A DNA stretch of 6,018 bases from Candidatus Iainarchaeum sp. GTDB taxonomy: Archaea; Iainarchaeota; Iainarchaeia; Iainarchaeales; 0-14-0-20-30-16. The stretch is taken from NCBI GenBank assembly GCA_903916665.1, contig CAIWXP010000071.1, positions 1-6,018 on the forward strand, in the 5' to 3' direction. The notes under the pieces were generated by a model. The model searched no databases. It had not been told where the DNA came from and saw only the letters and a list, made by a program, of their open reading frames with translations. The position numbers and the translations under genes were made by a program. Each line of letters begins with the position of its first letter. Within the stretch, counting starts at the first letter, position 1. This document shows positions 5,883 through 6,018 of this stretch, piece by piece.

Positions 5883-6018
5883 AATAGATTAATATAATTT
5901 GTTATTCTGCTAAAGAACAATTCACCTGTGCTGCAGAGTTGATTTTATCATTAAATGATCGTGTCCTGACGTGTCACAGGCATGAGGTATTATCAACTGA
6001 TATTAGAATCTTTACAAC

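Noticed and set aside
5647-5892. 81-aa + strand ORF from the six-frame track (MYLYKLLNLNN...)
   Set aside because: Its first 76 nt overlap the 5' end of the well-supported giant ORF on the opposite strand. The rest runs through the intergenic region that holds the inverted repeat and promoter-like motifs. The sequence is low-complexity and Leu/Asn/Ile/Lys-rich, as expected from random AT-rich DNA. It has no motif and no upstream signal, so it is most likely spurious.
5900-6018. tRNA or small structured RNA in the GC-rich island
   Set aside because: No T-loop consensus (GTTCRA), no 7-bp acceptor pairing and no cloverleaf could be built by hand on either strand. Only short 5-6 bp stems are present. 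The island is more likely the edge of a neighbouring gene.
1-6018. Mobile elements, CRISPR arrays, toxin-antitoxin or defence-system signatures
   Set aside because: No transposase, integrase or recombinase-like ORF is present. There is no array of regularly spaced direct repeats and no small paired ORFs. The only TIR-like structure (5737-5864) encodes nothing and has no clear target-site duplication.

Overview
The window is very AT-rich (roughly a quarter G+C by eye, not computed) and densely coding. It has no Shine-Dalgarno sequences, no introns, and no rRNA, tRNA, CRISPR or transposase signal. Two long convergent ORFs fill about 92% of it. (1) ORF 45-1364 (+) encodes a 439-aa orphan protein with an HExxH motif and a downstream ExxAE motif, so it is a putative gluzincin-type zinc metallopeptidase. 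(2) ORF 1490-5722 (-) encodes a 1410-aa protein made almost entirely of NHL-type beta-propeller blades. About 17 blades with a ~49-aa period fill the N-terminal 870 aa. A ~200-aa non-repeat beta-rich module follows, then a degenerate C-terminal propeller. The 125-bp convergent intergenic region contains A/T palindromes and tandem repeats, and the same AATAATATATTA palindromic motif follows both stop codons. The region upstream of the large gene carries a 22-nt inverted repeat (20/22 match) around an 84-bp spacer, an AAAATTGA octamer (the Mimiviridae early-promoter motif), and a local GC-rich island at the window edge. Gene style, composition and motifs best fit a giant dsDNA virus (Nucleocytoviricota, Mimiviridae-like), but this is inference and no homology search was possible. 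The main candidates for follow-up are the multi-propeller NHL giant protein, the orphan metallopeptidase, and the structured intergenic elements.
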